Positions 12,206 through 25,404 of a stretch of 64,000 nucleotides of DNA are shown here, one piece after another. Position 1 is the first letter of the stretch. Each line of letters opens with the position of its first letter. The translations under genes and the position numbers were made by a program. Location of the stretch: positions 620,001-684,000 of the forward strand of contig NC_047081.1 of the NCBI RefSeq assembly GCF_902459465.1. The letters run 5' to 3'. The notes under the pieces are model-generated. The model was not told where the DNA came from and searched no databases. It worked only from the letters and a program-made list of their open reading frames with translations. Origin of the DNA: Asterias rubens (Eukaryota).

Positions 12206-14413
12206 AATTTTGTTTATGTTTACAAACTCAAAATAAAGCAAACAAAGATTGAAAAAACAATGTTTTTATACTTGACTAGTTAAGATGTTTTTAAATCTAT
12301 TTTGGTGGTTGGGGTGTTGGGCTTAAACATCCCCCTAATAAAACCACTGTAAGCCGATGACTCTACAGTGGTGAGGTGGCTTTTCGATCGCTAATTTTAA
12401 ACAAAATTATTCATGCCTAGGTGTTAAGAAGTTGCCAAATGGGTTTAGGTTTTGTAAAGACCGGGGCTTTCCGTGTTTGCGGTGCGCAGTTTCTTCCCAG
12501 GTGCTGTGCGGGGTCTGTGACTCGTTTGAAGGCCCAACCCATCGGATGAGTTACGCTGAGGTCATAAAAAAATAGACTAATGATGTTCACGCAATGAGTG
12601 GTTTAAAGGTGTTTTACTTTCAGAAATTGTGGAAACGAGGCTGAAACGACAACTCAAAGTAGTCTGGCCCCTCTTCTTGTGACAATGATCACTGAAATGA
12701 TTTTTACTGCACACGGGGAACACGACCAAGATGGCAGGAGCATTTCCAAGGAGAAAGCTCAAAGGTGGTTGGTTGAATTGCTCCTCGCTGCACCAATCAG
12801 CATCCCTGAGTCAAAACTTGCAGAAATTTGCAAGAGGTTCGAATCCCACCCGAGTAAAATGCCTGTGATTTGTTTTCACAGAGCTCGGGAAAGTACTGAG
12901 TATACAGTGCTAACACACATCGGTGTTAAATGGGTAAAACCAAAATATTTGAAAAAGAGAGAGAGACAAAGACGATAATAAACAACATCAAAAACAACTC
13001 TGTTGTAAAGGATGCTTTTTGCTTAACCTCGTTCTCTATTTGCAGACCTTCTCTCAGCTGCTAAGCCCCGATCTCTCTCCCAATCATCGCCCCAATAGCC
13101 CTCCCAATCCCCAAGAAGTACTAACGGAAGCTACATGCCATCGTTGATCAAACCTTAGCGGTAAAATCCGAGACGTTCGGACAAGTGCAAGGGGCAGGGC
13201 CCGGGCGGGGACCGACGGGGGGCTAAACGGGAATCACACGGGCTAGACAGTGCGATGGTTTAGAGGAGTTTCCGGAGCAAGAATCACAGGGTTGTTAAAA
13301 AGGAAAGGAAAGACTGCTACAGATAGTGATTCAGTAGGTAATCCATGAAGGGTTTTGGCTACTAATGGTGAGGGGGTATAAATGGAGGGGTAATTTCTTT
13401 CAACAGTTTCAGATTGATAGTTTTTTGGGGAGGGGAGGGGGTAATGGGGATGTGTCACTGATGAGTGTACTTTGGGGTAATGGTTTGGAGGGTAATTTGG
13501 CAAGTGTTTAGGAATGATACTGAGGCAATTACAAATTGACTTGTGATTAATGGGTATTACTTCGACATGGCGCGATTGGCACGCGCAGCATGCTGAGTTT
13601 CAGTACTTTTGTATTCATAGACGGAGTGGAGCAATTAAGGGTCTGTTTTTGAATCCAGGACGGGACATTTGATGTCTAGTCTCGATGATGTATTTGAATT
13701 GAAAAGGGCGGGGACTTGTTGTACACTTTATCCTTGAACTGTCTAAAACAGTCGGTTTGTAAGGTTAATTGTTTTTGAGAAGGGTGTAGAAGGGGGATTG
13801 GTTTAAGCCAATCATGCTATGGATGTATATTTTTAAAAGCAATTAAATAAGACCAATAAAACGTAAGCTATAATGTTTCAAGCCTGGATAAAATAAACGC
13901 CCTCTCCAGTTTGGAGTTCATAACTTAATGGACTCGCGAAAAATTATGGCTTCGAGAAAATTATGCAAAATTGTACCGTGTCAAAATAAATTAAAATTAT
14001 ATTATATATTATTCTTTTTTTCCTGTAAGAGCACACCTTTAAATGGGATGCCAAGAGAGGAAGTCATGTGATAACTCGCAATGGACATTATTACCAATGC
14101 ACAACACCCCAACTGTTGTTCTTTATTTATAAAAGTACTAGACCTGCGTCTAGCACAAGGGAGGAAGTCGAAGTCATTCTGGACAAATTGGACTTACACT
14201 ACATGCCATCAGTCATTAAATGATGAGACTGCAACAGTTGGGACACCTTACCACAACGGCAGCTGTGAAATTAACCTGACAGTATGGATATCTGTGAATC
14301 ATATCCGAATCATCTTTTTAGAACTGTCCATTTCCCCATACTGTTTATTGTTGTTTTGTTTTTCATTTCTTGAAGTTCACGGACGTTTATATCCACTCAT
14401 GGGTTCGATGTCA

Positions 14414-14789
14414 CCAAAGGCAGTGGACACTATTGGTAATTACTCAAAAATATTATTGCCATAACACCTCACTTGGTGACGAGTAATGGGGAGAGGTTGG
14501 CAGTATAAATCATTGTGAGAAACGGCTCCCTCTGAAGTGCCATAGTTTTTGAAAAAGAAGTAATTTTCCACGAATTTGATTTCGAGACCTCAGATTTAGA
14601 ATTTGAGGTCTCGAAATCAAGCATCTGAAAGCACGTGCAATTGTGTTTTATTCTTTCATTGTTATCTCGCAACTTCGACGACCAATTGAGCTCAAATGTT
14701 CACAGGTTCGTTATTTTATGCATGAGTTGAGATACACCAAGTGAAAAGACTGGTCTTTGACAATTACCAAAAGTGTCCAGTGTCTTTAA
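14414..14789. mobile_element. Kolobok-like MITE family A
   Basis: AGGCAGTGGACACTATTGGTAATT ... AATTACCAAAAGTGTCCAGTGTCT-TTAA; internal GATTTCGAGACCTCA...TGAGGTCTCGAAATC hairpin. Confidence 0.9.
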
Positions 14790-16883
14790 GATTACCCTAA
14801 AGATGATTTGGCAAAATCAACATAGTGATTAGTATTTCTGACATCACACTTTGTTCAGCAATTACGATTGATACAAATATTATTCAGATCAATCTAAGGT
14901 CTCTGTGGAATCGGTGTCTGGTGCGACAAATCCGCGAATTTGTTCGTTAATTGCGAAAACCATCAAAACTGTACTCGGGTGTGAACACCGAAAACGAGTA
15001 CCGACTACCTAGCACTCAACACTGGAGCATTAAGTACCACTGACTCGCAAATAGCTCATATTTTTGCTTCCCCACAAACATTAAAAAAAAAAAAAAAAAT
15101 CGAGGACTGCAACAATGTACAAGATCATACGAATGAAAACAACCTGACTATCATCCCGTCAGTGACGTTGTGACTTCAAACATAACTGGAACTCAGTAGA
15201 CAGTGAAATCATAACATTTTCACATAATCAACAACAACATTTTTAAGGTTCCTCGTTCCTGAATATGTCACAAGAAGGAACAATCAAGCAAGCAAACAAA
15301 CATCAAACAAATAGACGCTGCTCTAGCCTGACATTCAACTTTGGATGCGACCATTTTGGTTTCTTCAGCGCCTACAAGAGATATATAACAAACATTCGAA
15401 CGAAACGGACAAATCAACAACCCCCCAAAAAACTAAGTATCGCCAGACACTTTCAGCTAATCCGAACTGCATCGAACCATCCAGACAGACTTATTAACAG
15501 CTTTCAAACAGACCTCATTCCTTAAACTGATCACAAGTTATTTTCCAGTAAATCGAGGATTACAACCAAACCGAGCGGTAAACCACTCAAGGGAAACACT
15601 CACTTCATCTTCACTATTTTCACTCACTCTGCAGTGAAACGTGTGAGAACTTACAATTACTGACATGAACTGTATGTTGGATTATGACTCTATGATCCGC
15701 TTCCCCTGGTACATCCAATAAGCAAGAAATGGATTAAGTTGATCCTAGCTCTTAAGCTCTCACTAATCCCCTATGTTGTAATTGAAGTAATTAAAAGTGT
15801 TCATTATCCGCAGAGTTGTTCGGTGAGGGCGGGCTTTGTGACAGGATCTCGCTGGTTTTCGGTTTCTGCAATGGTTTCTGTAGGCGAGTTGTTTTGTTAC
15901 CAGTGGGCTCAGGACTAAGCTGAAGGGGTTTGTTTTCCGAATAATCATAAGGTGATACCATGGGTTCAACTGGCAAGGTAGTGCTATAGTTTGTGCAAGT
16001 TGCCCTCTGAATAGGTCTCGTTATGTCAGTTCTTCCCGTGGAATAAACACAGGTTTATCTTAAAGCTCCATATATCCTACATGCCGAGTGGAAATACCCT
16101 CTCTTAAATTCCATTAAAATTCAACTCCTACATTTGCCAACAACCTCCCCGCGACTCATTCCCAAAATGACCAGGATGTTTTTCCTGTTATCCCCGGCTC
16201 TGGGTAAGTTACTCTGAGCTCATCTCGATGAAGCCGGGGCAGATGTATTTCTTGGACGGCGAAGATTACGAGATGAATTTGGCTTCGATTGTGGACTTAG
16301 GACTATATTGTAATAAAGCGGGCTCGCGGTGCTACGGTGTCCCCGAACGGCCATGATCAGTTACAGTCTAAGAAGACAGAATGACATTTCAACACGTCAA
16401 TAAACAAAAGGCTTTGAGTTGTACTCATTTAAAGGACTTAGACGAGGCAGGGGATGCCTCGGAATAGTCTGGTTTCTTAGCAAATAAAAGTGATATCCTC
16501 AAATAGGGAAACAGAAATAGTTTTTGTAAAGGGTTAGCTGTGAAGGTCTTTTTAAACGTTTGTATCACAACTTATCAAATTTAATGCTGAAACATTGGCG
16601 TTAGCCTTTGTCCTGTGTATTCATGGGCACCCTATAGTGCGAAACCATACTAGTCCAGAAGTGTTTATCCCAGTAGGCGATCAAACTGACTTTATAAAGT
16701 AACAATTAGCTCCTGTCGAACATGAGCTAAAAGTATCACCGAATGATTGTGCACTTCAAATACACATAGTATTGGTGTTCATGTTCACAGCTGACATAGA
16801 GCGCGTGTACAGCAGCGCTTGGCCTTTGCTTAAGAGAGTTGCAACAACTTGGGATTAGAAGCTTACAGTCCCACTAAAAACTT

Positions 16884-17015
16884 ATGGACGTAAAAGGGTG
16901 CCAGACTAGACTGCACAATATATGCAGTGTTACCGCAAACCTAACCTAATGGACGTAAAAGGGTGCCAGACTAGACTGCACAATATATGCAGTGTTACCG
17001 CAAACCTAACCTAAT
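16884..17015. repeat. Exact 65-bp tandem duplication
   Basis: ATGGACGTAAAAGGGTGCCAGACTAGACTGCACAATATATGCAGTGTTACCGCAAACCTAACCTA at 16884 and 16949. Confidence 0.95.
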
Positions 17016-18055
17016 TACACTCCTATCAAGCACAGTTTCAAATCCTACTTTAACAGGAATAAATAGCAGACAAACTTCCAAAGCTGACAGTCATTTCTAG
17101 GCCTCCATACCTTTCCGTCTAACCGCCCTGGGCTTGGGAAGTCGTTGCCGATATGTAATGTAACCTAGCATCACATGAAGACTCAAGCAAGAACCTGTTA
17201 TTAGTGTTTGGCCGGGATTGGGTCCCTTTAGCCCCGGGGATGCAGACCCAGCTGCTCGCTGCTGAACAATCCCCTCAGTCTTCACCCAACCAATGTCTTA
17301 CTTTCTAGTATTGTGTTTCTTACTCCGAATCTTATTTTTTCCTCCTCAGTAACTGTTGGTCGCCGCAATGGCTGTTTGCTATTCTTCACAGCAGCTGTGT
17401 ATTTGAGCAATTGCAGAAACATGCTACCAAGAAAAAAAATCACCTTTTTCGTTTATTTTACTCCTTTTCAGAGAGGGGCAGAAAAAAAATCAGACGTAGA
17501 AAAACAATGTCAAAGGGCGAGGATGGAAAGTACAAGGGGCCGGTTTGTCTAAATGTTGGTAGAGAGATCTATGTTTGTTCTACGGCTTCATTCTGGTTTT
17601 CAACACCGTGGAGATGTGGAAGGGGGGTACTGGAAAATACCGGGGCTGCTGGTGAAATGGCGAGTGTAGACTGTGGGTGAATCGGAGGTTATTTCAGAGT
17701 GTCATCGGCGCGGTGTGTGGTACTCGACGACCGGTTGGGACAAGATGGAAAAGGGAAATTGGCAGAAGGGGTATTTTTCTAAAACCTGGGGTGAAATAAA
17801 GGCTGGAAAGAGGCCTTGACTTCCGGACAACACGTTGGAAACCTTTGTGTGTGTTCTGTTAAGCCAGCTAAGATAAGGGAAATGAATTCAGTTTGAAGTT
17901 AAAAATATGGTGTGGAATGATTATCAGTTTGTCTTGTTACTCATATGAAACACTATCAACTGTCTTTTTTGATAAGCTATACTAACTTCTAAAACAAATA
18001 TCTCTCAACGTCAATGACAAGTAAGAAGAACTCGTATTAGAATTCCCATGAGACT

Positions 18056-18423
18056 TTAAAGCCTTTAGACCCTTTCGGAACAGAAAACAAATTAAAAGTT
18101 CACAGATTTACAAATAACTTACAGGGTTTACAGAAGGTAATGGTGAAAGACTTCTCTTGAAATATTATTCCATGAAATGCTTTACTTTTTTAGAAAAGAT
18201 TAAAACAATATAAATTCTCGGTATCGAGAATTACGGATTCATTTTAAACACATGTCATGACACGGCGAAGCGTGCGGAAACAAGGGTGGGCTTTACGGTA
18301 TTTTCTCCCGATGACAAATTGAGCTTAAATTTTCACAGGTTTGTTATTTGTTGCATAAGTTGTTATTACACGAAGTGTGGGCCTTAGACAATACTGTTTA
18401 TCGAAAGTGTCCAAAGGCTTTAG
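18056..18423. mobile_element. Kolobok-like MITE family B
   Basis: TTAA-AGCCTTTAGACCCTTTCG ... CGAAAGTGTCCAAAGGCT; reverse-complement copy at 53929-54273. Confidence 0.85.
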
Positions 18424-18877
18424 AACTAAAATTTGCTCAACCACAAAGAGCTACTACGCCCCGAAAGATTACTAACACTACGTGAATATGACTGTTATAT
18501 ACCTGACTACTAACACTCATAGTTTCCTACACAATGCAAAGCTTCAAAATCAGTTCCTTTTTGATTAAACAATTGCCGTATTTTGTCGTACGTAAATTGT
18601 TAAAGACTGGGTAGTGTAATAAGCAATTTCACTCAATCATGCTCTTAGAAATTTGAGCTTGAATAAAGATAAAATATCTTAATTTAAAACAAATGGTATT
18701 AATAGTAAAAATTAACTCACATAAAACACATGAATTTGTGCTCGGTTTGACCGAAAGAGATATTTACAACTGGAATAGTGTCAAGTGCCCAGACAGTACA
18801 ACATTAAATAGTTGCGCAACAACTAGCCCTGGTGGCCTTACACTTTCGTATTGTACTACAGTGACGTCCTGGACATC

Positions 18878-19461
18878 AGGGTCCATTTCTGGGGCGGAAA
18901 ATGTTTACAGCTTCATAACTCAAATCTTACCTCCAAGAAAGCACCAATTTCAACAGATTCACATTCTATGGCAGCATATATTTTTCTGCGGTGGGTTTTG
19001 ATCGTCATATATTCTTCACAAATCCGTCATTTTCATGAAATAATGCAGCTCCTAACGTTAAGGAATTCCCATTTGTGTTCGTACTCTCACAGTCTGCCGT
19101 GTGTACGCAAAACGCACGACGCGCAAATTTTGAATTGTGTTGTTAACGCTGTGCAGTCAAGATACGGTGACCAAGAATTCATGCGTCTAAGCTTGCATCG
19201 TGCGTCTTGCACGCGAATGTATACGCGTACGCACGACAACAGACAACACTGTGAGAAAACGATCGAAACGGGATTTTTTTAACGTTGGAAGCTGCATTAT
19301 TTCACGAAAATGACGAATTTGTGAGGAAAATATGAGGACCAAAACCCACCGCAGAAAAATGTATGCCGCCATGGAATGTGAATCTGTTGAAATTAGTGGC
19401 TTGTTGCAGGTAAGATTTAAGTTATGAAGCTGTGAAATTTTTCCGCCCCAGAAACTGGCCT
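18878..19461. mobile_element. Foldback/MITE with long inverted arms
   Basis: 18878-19061 is the reverse complement of 19279-19461, and weaker pairing continues ~50 bp inward; both strands give the MAAYIFLRWVL peptide in the ORF track. Confidence 0.9.
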
Positions 19462-21198
19462 CAATAGTTAGGACTCTGTTCTTGTGACGTGTACAGAGAA
19501 AGAGTCCTATATAGGGCTACGCAACAACCTGCTTTTGACCAGACGCCATAATGTCGTCGTGTTCCCTGTGTTGCATGCTAGTACATTATAAAACTGATTA
19601 TCATCCTCCATATTAGGTACCAGACCACTGCCTGTACGGGCAGTTCTCATAAGGTGTGTCAGTTTGTTTTAGTTTTTTTGACCGTTGTTTAGTTATAATA
19701 TTTCAGAGAAAGACTCTTGCGTACAGATAGTTTTGCTAAACAGTTGTTTCGTACATAAAACCCCAAAACCATCTTATATGGACCAGATTTGCTATTGTCG
19801 GGAAAAATATTAATGAAACAAAACACTCTGCTTAGAGGAGGGACAAAACACCAGGAACCGATCTCAAAAAGCTGTTGAAAGCACAAAACATATTGCATTT
19901 GGCAAGATAAAAATGTGCTAAGCAAATTGTTGTGTTTAATTCCTATGTTTACATAGGAATTAAGTTAATGTATGTGTACTCTTGCCGGCACAGATTTTGA
20001 TTTGATGGCAAGCAGGTCGCTTAGCGCGTCCCTGTGAAATTTGAACCAATTGAAATCAACCAAATCCAGCAACGGTAAATATTAAACCCTACTAAACAAT
20101 CTTCTTTCATGGGGGGGGGGGATCATGATATAGCTCATGCGATGCTTTATAGTGACAAAACATATTCCAGTTCAGGCTAAGGGCCCCATGAAGAGTTTGT
20201 ACGGGGAAAATTGACGAGCTACCCATTTGGAAAGTTTACCGATAAGCTGCACGGAGCTGAGATCATGTAGCGGGGATTTACAAAAGGCCGGCCCGGTCCT
20301 TTGCGCGGATTTCACGGTAGGGTTGAAGTGACGACAGCATGAACCACGGACTCTTCACCTTGAACTTCTGGAAGCTGTGCTGGAAAATATGGATTGGTTT
20401 TGGAGTGTTGGGTTGTAATGCTTGATAAGTGATAGGGGCTAGGCGCAGAGGGAGCGTGATGAGCTGGGAATGTGATGGGGGGAAGACGGTGATAGTCCCC
20501 GCTTGATGGATCAGAGAAAAGACCTTTTTGTTACTTACTGGATTGGTTTATCGAGGGAGTTGTTGGTAATACTCATGTTGTAGGAGATGAGTTTTAAATC
20601 CTTCAGCTGAGTGCACATTTAATAAACAACTGTATAATTGGTTTATGGAATATAACAGTTAATCGTGGTGTAACCCAGATAAGACAAGACAAATGCAATG
20701 TATTCAAAGTTTATCAGCCTCCACAGAAGTAGTACAACATTTACAATTCACAAACTGATGGATTGTGTTTTTAAATTTTCCTTTCCTTCCAAGCAATCCA
20801 TTTAGGTCTCTACGTGTAACGTTTAACCCCGTCCCGTTTGGACCATCATGTCAACGGATAGCTATTTCAAAGATGAAATTTCAAACTCATTCACAGAGGC
20901 CTGTCAACGATTTCAAACTTAATTACATCAAGGAAGAAAAAAAATCATAAAAATACAACAAATATTGGCCCAACTCACTCATCTAAAACCCAAGTCACGG
21001 AAACACGGTTCAACTTAACGCCATGGATGTGCCGGAATAGTTTACCGTGATTAAGGTACTCCCCTCCCCGTCAGCCGACCGCGGGGTAACCCCCTTGAGC
21101 CCGACCCAGCACCGGCCTCCGGCGCTACATACCTTCCACGCACCGCCTTAACACACAGAGGTATTAACCAATATTTACTCTCCCTAATTTTAGCAAAG

Positions 21199-21776
21199 TT
21201 AAAGGAACATTACAGTATTTGGGTTTTTTTGCTAACAAAACAGTTGCTGGCAATGTAAGCACCTTATGTTATCCATCAATTACATAAACTGACAAACCTG
21301 CAGCCGATTTCACGAAACTTTACGCAACTGCGTAAGTCCACTTGCGCAACGTTTATGGCGCAACCTGCGGCCATCTGGGTCTCGAGAAAATAGTGAAAAA
21401 CTGCTTACACATTTTTGCATGACATCGATTAAAGTAACATTATAGAATTGGTAAGACAAAAACTCGTCTGCATCAAACTTACACGGTCTAATGATGATGA
21501 TAGTAGAAAACATCCCTTGAAATATTTCTATCTGAAGTGTAATAATTGATAAGAGATAAATAAAACTAATGTCCGCTGACTGAGCCCTTTTATTCATTTT
21601 TTATTTAAATCGATGTCATGCAAAATGTGTAATCGGTTTTTCACTATTTTCTTGTGACCCAGATGGCCGATCGGTCTCAAACTTTTACAGGTTTGTCAGT
21701 TTATGTCTATGGTGGGTGCTTACACTGCCAGCAACTGTTTTGTTATCTAAAAAACAATTCTGTAATGTTCCTTTAA
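21199..21776. mobile_element. Kolobok-like foldback MITE with ~220-bp arms
   Basis: TTAA-AGGAACATTACAG ... CTGTAATGTTCCT-TTAA; arms are reverse complements except a foreign insert at 21301-21367. Confidence 0.85.
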
Positions 21777-23117
21777 GTTTGTGTTTGTATTCAAACTGCT
21801 GCTTTTGATCGCAGAAACAGGTAGTGATTATAACGCAATTACCCCCGTCATCCCAACACGACAACATGGTTTTGTATCAAGTTTGCGATTAATGAAAAAC
21901 ATACTTTCGAGTTAACATTTGGGCATAGATTTCCAAAGGTTAAAATGGTTTTATTTTACGTAAATATACATTCACATCCTCTAAAGTATCGTATGACCAA
22001 AACCTCGTAATGTCAAAGACATAAAAAATAATCTCGTTATCAACAAAACAAGGTGGTTAACGTTTCATGATTTGCTCGCTAGACCATTGGATACAAGATG
22101 TATACAACGTCTTCTTACGAGTCCATCTACTTTGAAACGTTTGGTCGGGATTGGACGCATCTCACATCTCAAACTACTGAAGTTTGTCAAGTACAAGATT
22201 TTCACGAAGTTATTCTAATTTTCTGCAAGATTCTTGTTTTCCTAATGCTTTCTAAACAAAAGAAGTTGCACCTAAAAGTTCGGCTGTCCAACAATATCGG
22301 TAGCTTCCGCAGGTGGGGGTTTGCACCAGTATAAGTGCAATCAATTGACACAGTAAATTGCCAAGTGGATGAGCAATACAGCTCATTAGCAAATTGTCGT
22401 AACCCAATTAGAGAAGGGTACATGCAGGTGGCATAATTACGCACGCGAAGGGCAGGAGGTAACATCTTTAATAATAAGAGGATCACTTCTCAAATGAGGT
22501 CATAGTGGACTATCTTTATTACTGGCATGGCCCAGAGTGAAAGAAGGTAAGACCAGAGTGATCTTGAAGGGATTATGTAAGCATTGTTGTCAGGTTTTAA
22601 GATGACATCTAGAATGGCAGTGATGGTGGGCTGGTCTAAGAGGATCTGACGGGGGATTTCCCTCCACGGTACTACCCCCCTTCTTGGTCACCGTCGATGA
22701 GTCACTCCACCAAGCCCTGTTTCCGGAAGAATCATTTCACAAGAAGGAGGGGGGTAATGGGTGGGTCACTTTGGAGTTGTCAGTTTTAAGAGGGTATGAT
22801 ACCCTCTCGCCCTTCCCGATTGAAGACAATTAAAATTGAGTGGAGTACGATTTGGAAAGGGCGCTTGGTATACGATTAAGAGAGACAACTGAATTCTCGT
22901 GACAGAGTAGGGTGTATGTGGACCACTTGGGTGGGTTGTCTCTCGAGGTTAGTTCCCAAAATACTTAGAGTAAATGGAAAGGGATTCATGGCTTTACTTG
23001 AAGGAGGTGGTGGTTAACAGACAAAGTAAGGTCGAGTTGGGTCTCGAGAAAAACTCGGTTTCTCATGAAGATCTGTTCAGAAGTTGTGATTGCCTCTTGT
23101 AAGAAGAGGTGACTCAA

Positions 23118-23350
23118 GAACCAGAGTTGAATAATTGTCTATAGGGAACTAAAGTTGAGTTGTCAAGAAATAACCAGAGTAGGGCTGTCTAGAAAGAACC
23201 AAAGTTGAGAACGGGTAGAAAGAACCAGGGTTGTCAGACAGGCACTTGGCTGGCTTCTCTAGAAAGAACCAGAGTTGAGATGTCTAGAAATAACCAGAGT
23301 TGGGCTGTCTAAGAAGAACCCAAAGTTGAGTTGTCTAGAAAGAACCAGTG
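23118..23350. repeat. Degenerate ~25-bp minisatellite, about 8-9 units
   Basis: Recurring AACCAGAGTTGAG(T)TGTCTAGAAAG. Confidence 0.85.
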
Positions 23351-25404
23351 TTGACTTGAGCCTCGAACCGTGCACTTTGTGTCGAATACCAACCGAAGAC
23401 AGTGCGCGAAACGTCACGACCCTAACAAGGGAAGACTTTTGTAGAGATTGCATATAGTTTATTTACTTAGTATTTTGTTTATATCTCTTATTTTAGGCTG
23501 GGTTGTGTGTGTTTACAGTTTATTCCGAAACCAACCATTTTTTTCTTTAAAACGTAGCCCATCGTGGTTTGTCAAGATACTTTAAGGTAATAAAGCATAA
23601 TCAAGCAACACCGGCTTAAAGTTTGAGTGAACAAACCGAACAATTTATATATATTTTTAACTAACATTGCAACAATATTTCCATCCAAGCATTAAATATA
23701 AGATATTTTTTACTTTATCTTTATCAGATGTTGAATTTTGAAAACGTATCACTCCCAGTCAGTTACATCTTGGTTTTATCAGCAGGGTATACAGTTGCAA
23801 ACAGTGAGGAAGGTAAATTAAATAAATGTGAAAAACTTTCTGATAAACATCAGTCCCTCGCCGGAAACGCCCGCCACAAACCCCAGAACAAAACTAAAAT
23901 CCACGTGTGTGTAACGTTCCCGGTAAGACCTAGTTTCCTACATTTAAGTCAAGACATGGGTTTCAAATACTGCCCAATATCTTTGTTCCATAAATACCTG
24001 ATTTGTTCAATGTGTACTCTTCGGCTTGTTGGTCCTTTTTTGAAAAAAATCTGTCCCGGACCGAGGACCGTAAAGCCATTTGCTCTCTCAGCGGGCAAGG
24101 TACGCCGAGCTGTCAGCACTTTGGACGGCAGGAAATCCAGGTAAGACGCGCTATGTCTGACAAACCGCGTCATCACCGGGCGGGGAGGAGGCGGGGGACA
24201 GACTAGCCATGTTGAGATGCAGGCAGGTAAAAAGATTAAACTCTGAAAGAAACGATAATAGAAGATAATATCAACTCTCTGTATATAGTACAGGAGGAAT
24301 ACCTCACAATATTGTAGCACTGAGTACTTTTAGCTTCGAAAGTCAACGTTGGTGGCGCTGTTGATGTTTACCTAAGAAAAGAAAATAGCATATATTCTCC
24401 ATTAGTTTCGTTTAGTAATTAGGCCTATCATATTCATGAATTCAAAAGCGATGACGTCAACATTTTCACTACAGTCTTAGAGAAAAATTACATTTTATTT
24501 TATCCAAAACAAAACTTTTAAAAGCAGACACAAATCAAAACATTTTAATTTGAAACAGCGCCATTTTCGAATGGCTTAAAGGGAGTTTGTAAGGCGTTGA
24601 GTCCAATAAACATAACAAAACAGTCCAAAGTATCAATAGTTCAGGTCTCCGGTTTTCAAAATGGTTGCAAACGTGGCAAACGTAAGTTAATTTGAAATAA
24701 ATTGTATAAGTAAAAGCTTAAACAGAAAATTTGTTACAAATTTGAATGCATAATATTTTAAAGCTTCATTTTTCATCGCGAACAATCTGCTCAAATTGAT
24801 TAGGGCCTAAATCTTCCGTAAATCATCAGGTATCAACGAATTAGAAAAACGCAATATGGAGAATTAATTCCAAATTACTCCATAATGCGAATTTCATTGC
24901 TTCAGCACAAGTCGCGCAGCTCACCACTGCGCAAGTCAGAGACATTAATTCCTGGAAATACAGACGCCTTCCTCCATACGGACAAAATATAATTTATGCA
25001 TCTCGGTCAAATTAATTTCCAATTTCCAAGCCTAATCCCTGAGATCAAAACAACAGTGAGTTTGTATTCTTACTTATTGGCACCCCCTCCTCCTTTGCAA
25101 CTAAAAATAAAACCTTTTCCCCCTGCAGGTAGTGTTCACCGCACTCTATTAGCTAATTAAGTACCTGCGAAAATAAAGTACTGGTCACTCCCGAAGTACG
25201 GTGTGTGGTGATGGACGGTGGCCGAGGGGGCCGGGGGAAAAAGCGGTCAAAATGACCCATAAACCCGGTAGGGTTGACCCAGTAAACGACAGGGGGAGAC
25301 ACGGACAAAACTCCAGGTCAAAAGGACACGACCAAATTGTCAAAAGTTTCCCTACTATGTTTTGACAAATTTTGAGGCATCTTTTAGTAAAAATGAGTTA
25401 AGAT

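Noticed and set aside
13050-13550. Mitochondrial insertion (NUMT) or mitovirus in the GC-balanced blocks
   Set aside because: No recognisable mitochondrial gene or RdRp motif; TAA/TAG stops persist when TGA is read as Trp (for example 22690-23130).
16938-17015. Telomeric repeat (CCTAACCTAA)
   Set aside because: Only two TTAGG-type units, duplicated with the 65-mer; no TTAGGG array.
18693-19372. Paired ORFs sharing MAAYIFLRWVL
   Set aside because: Artefact of the inverted-repeat arms.
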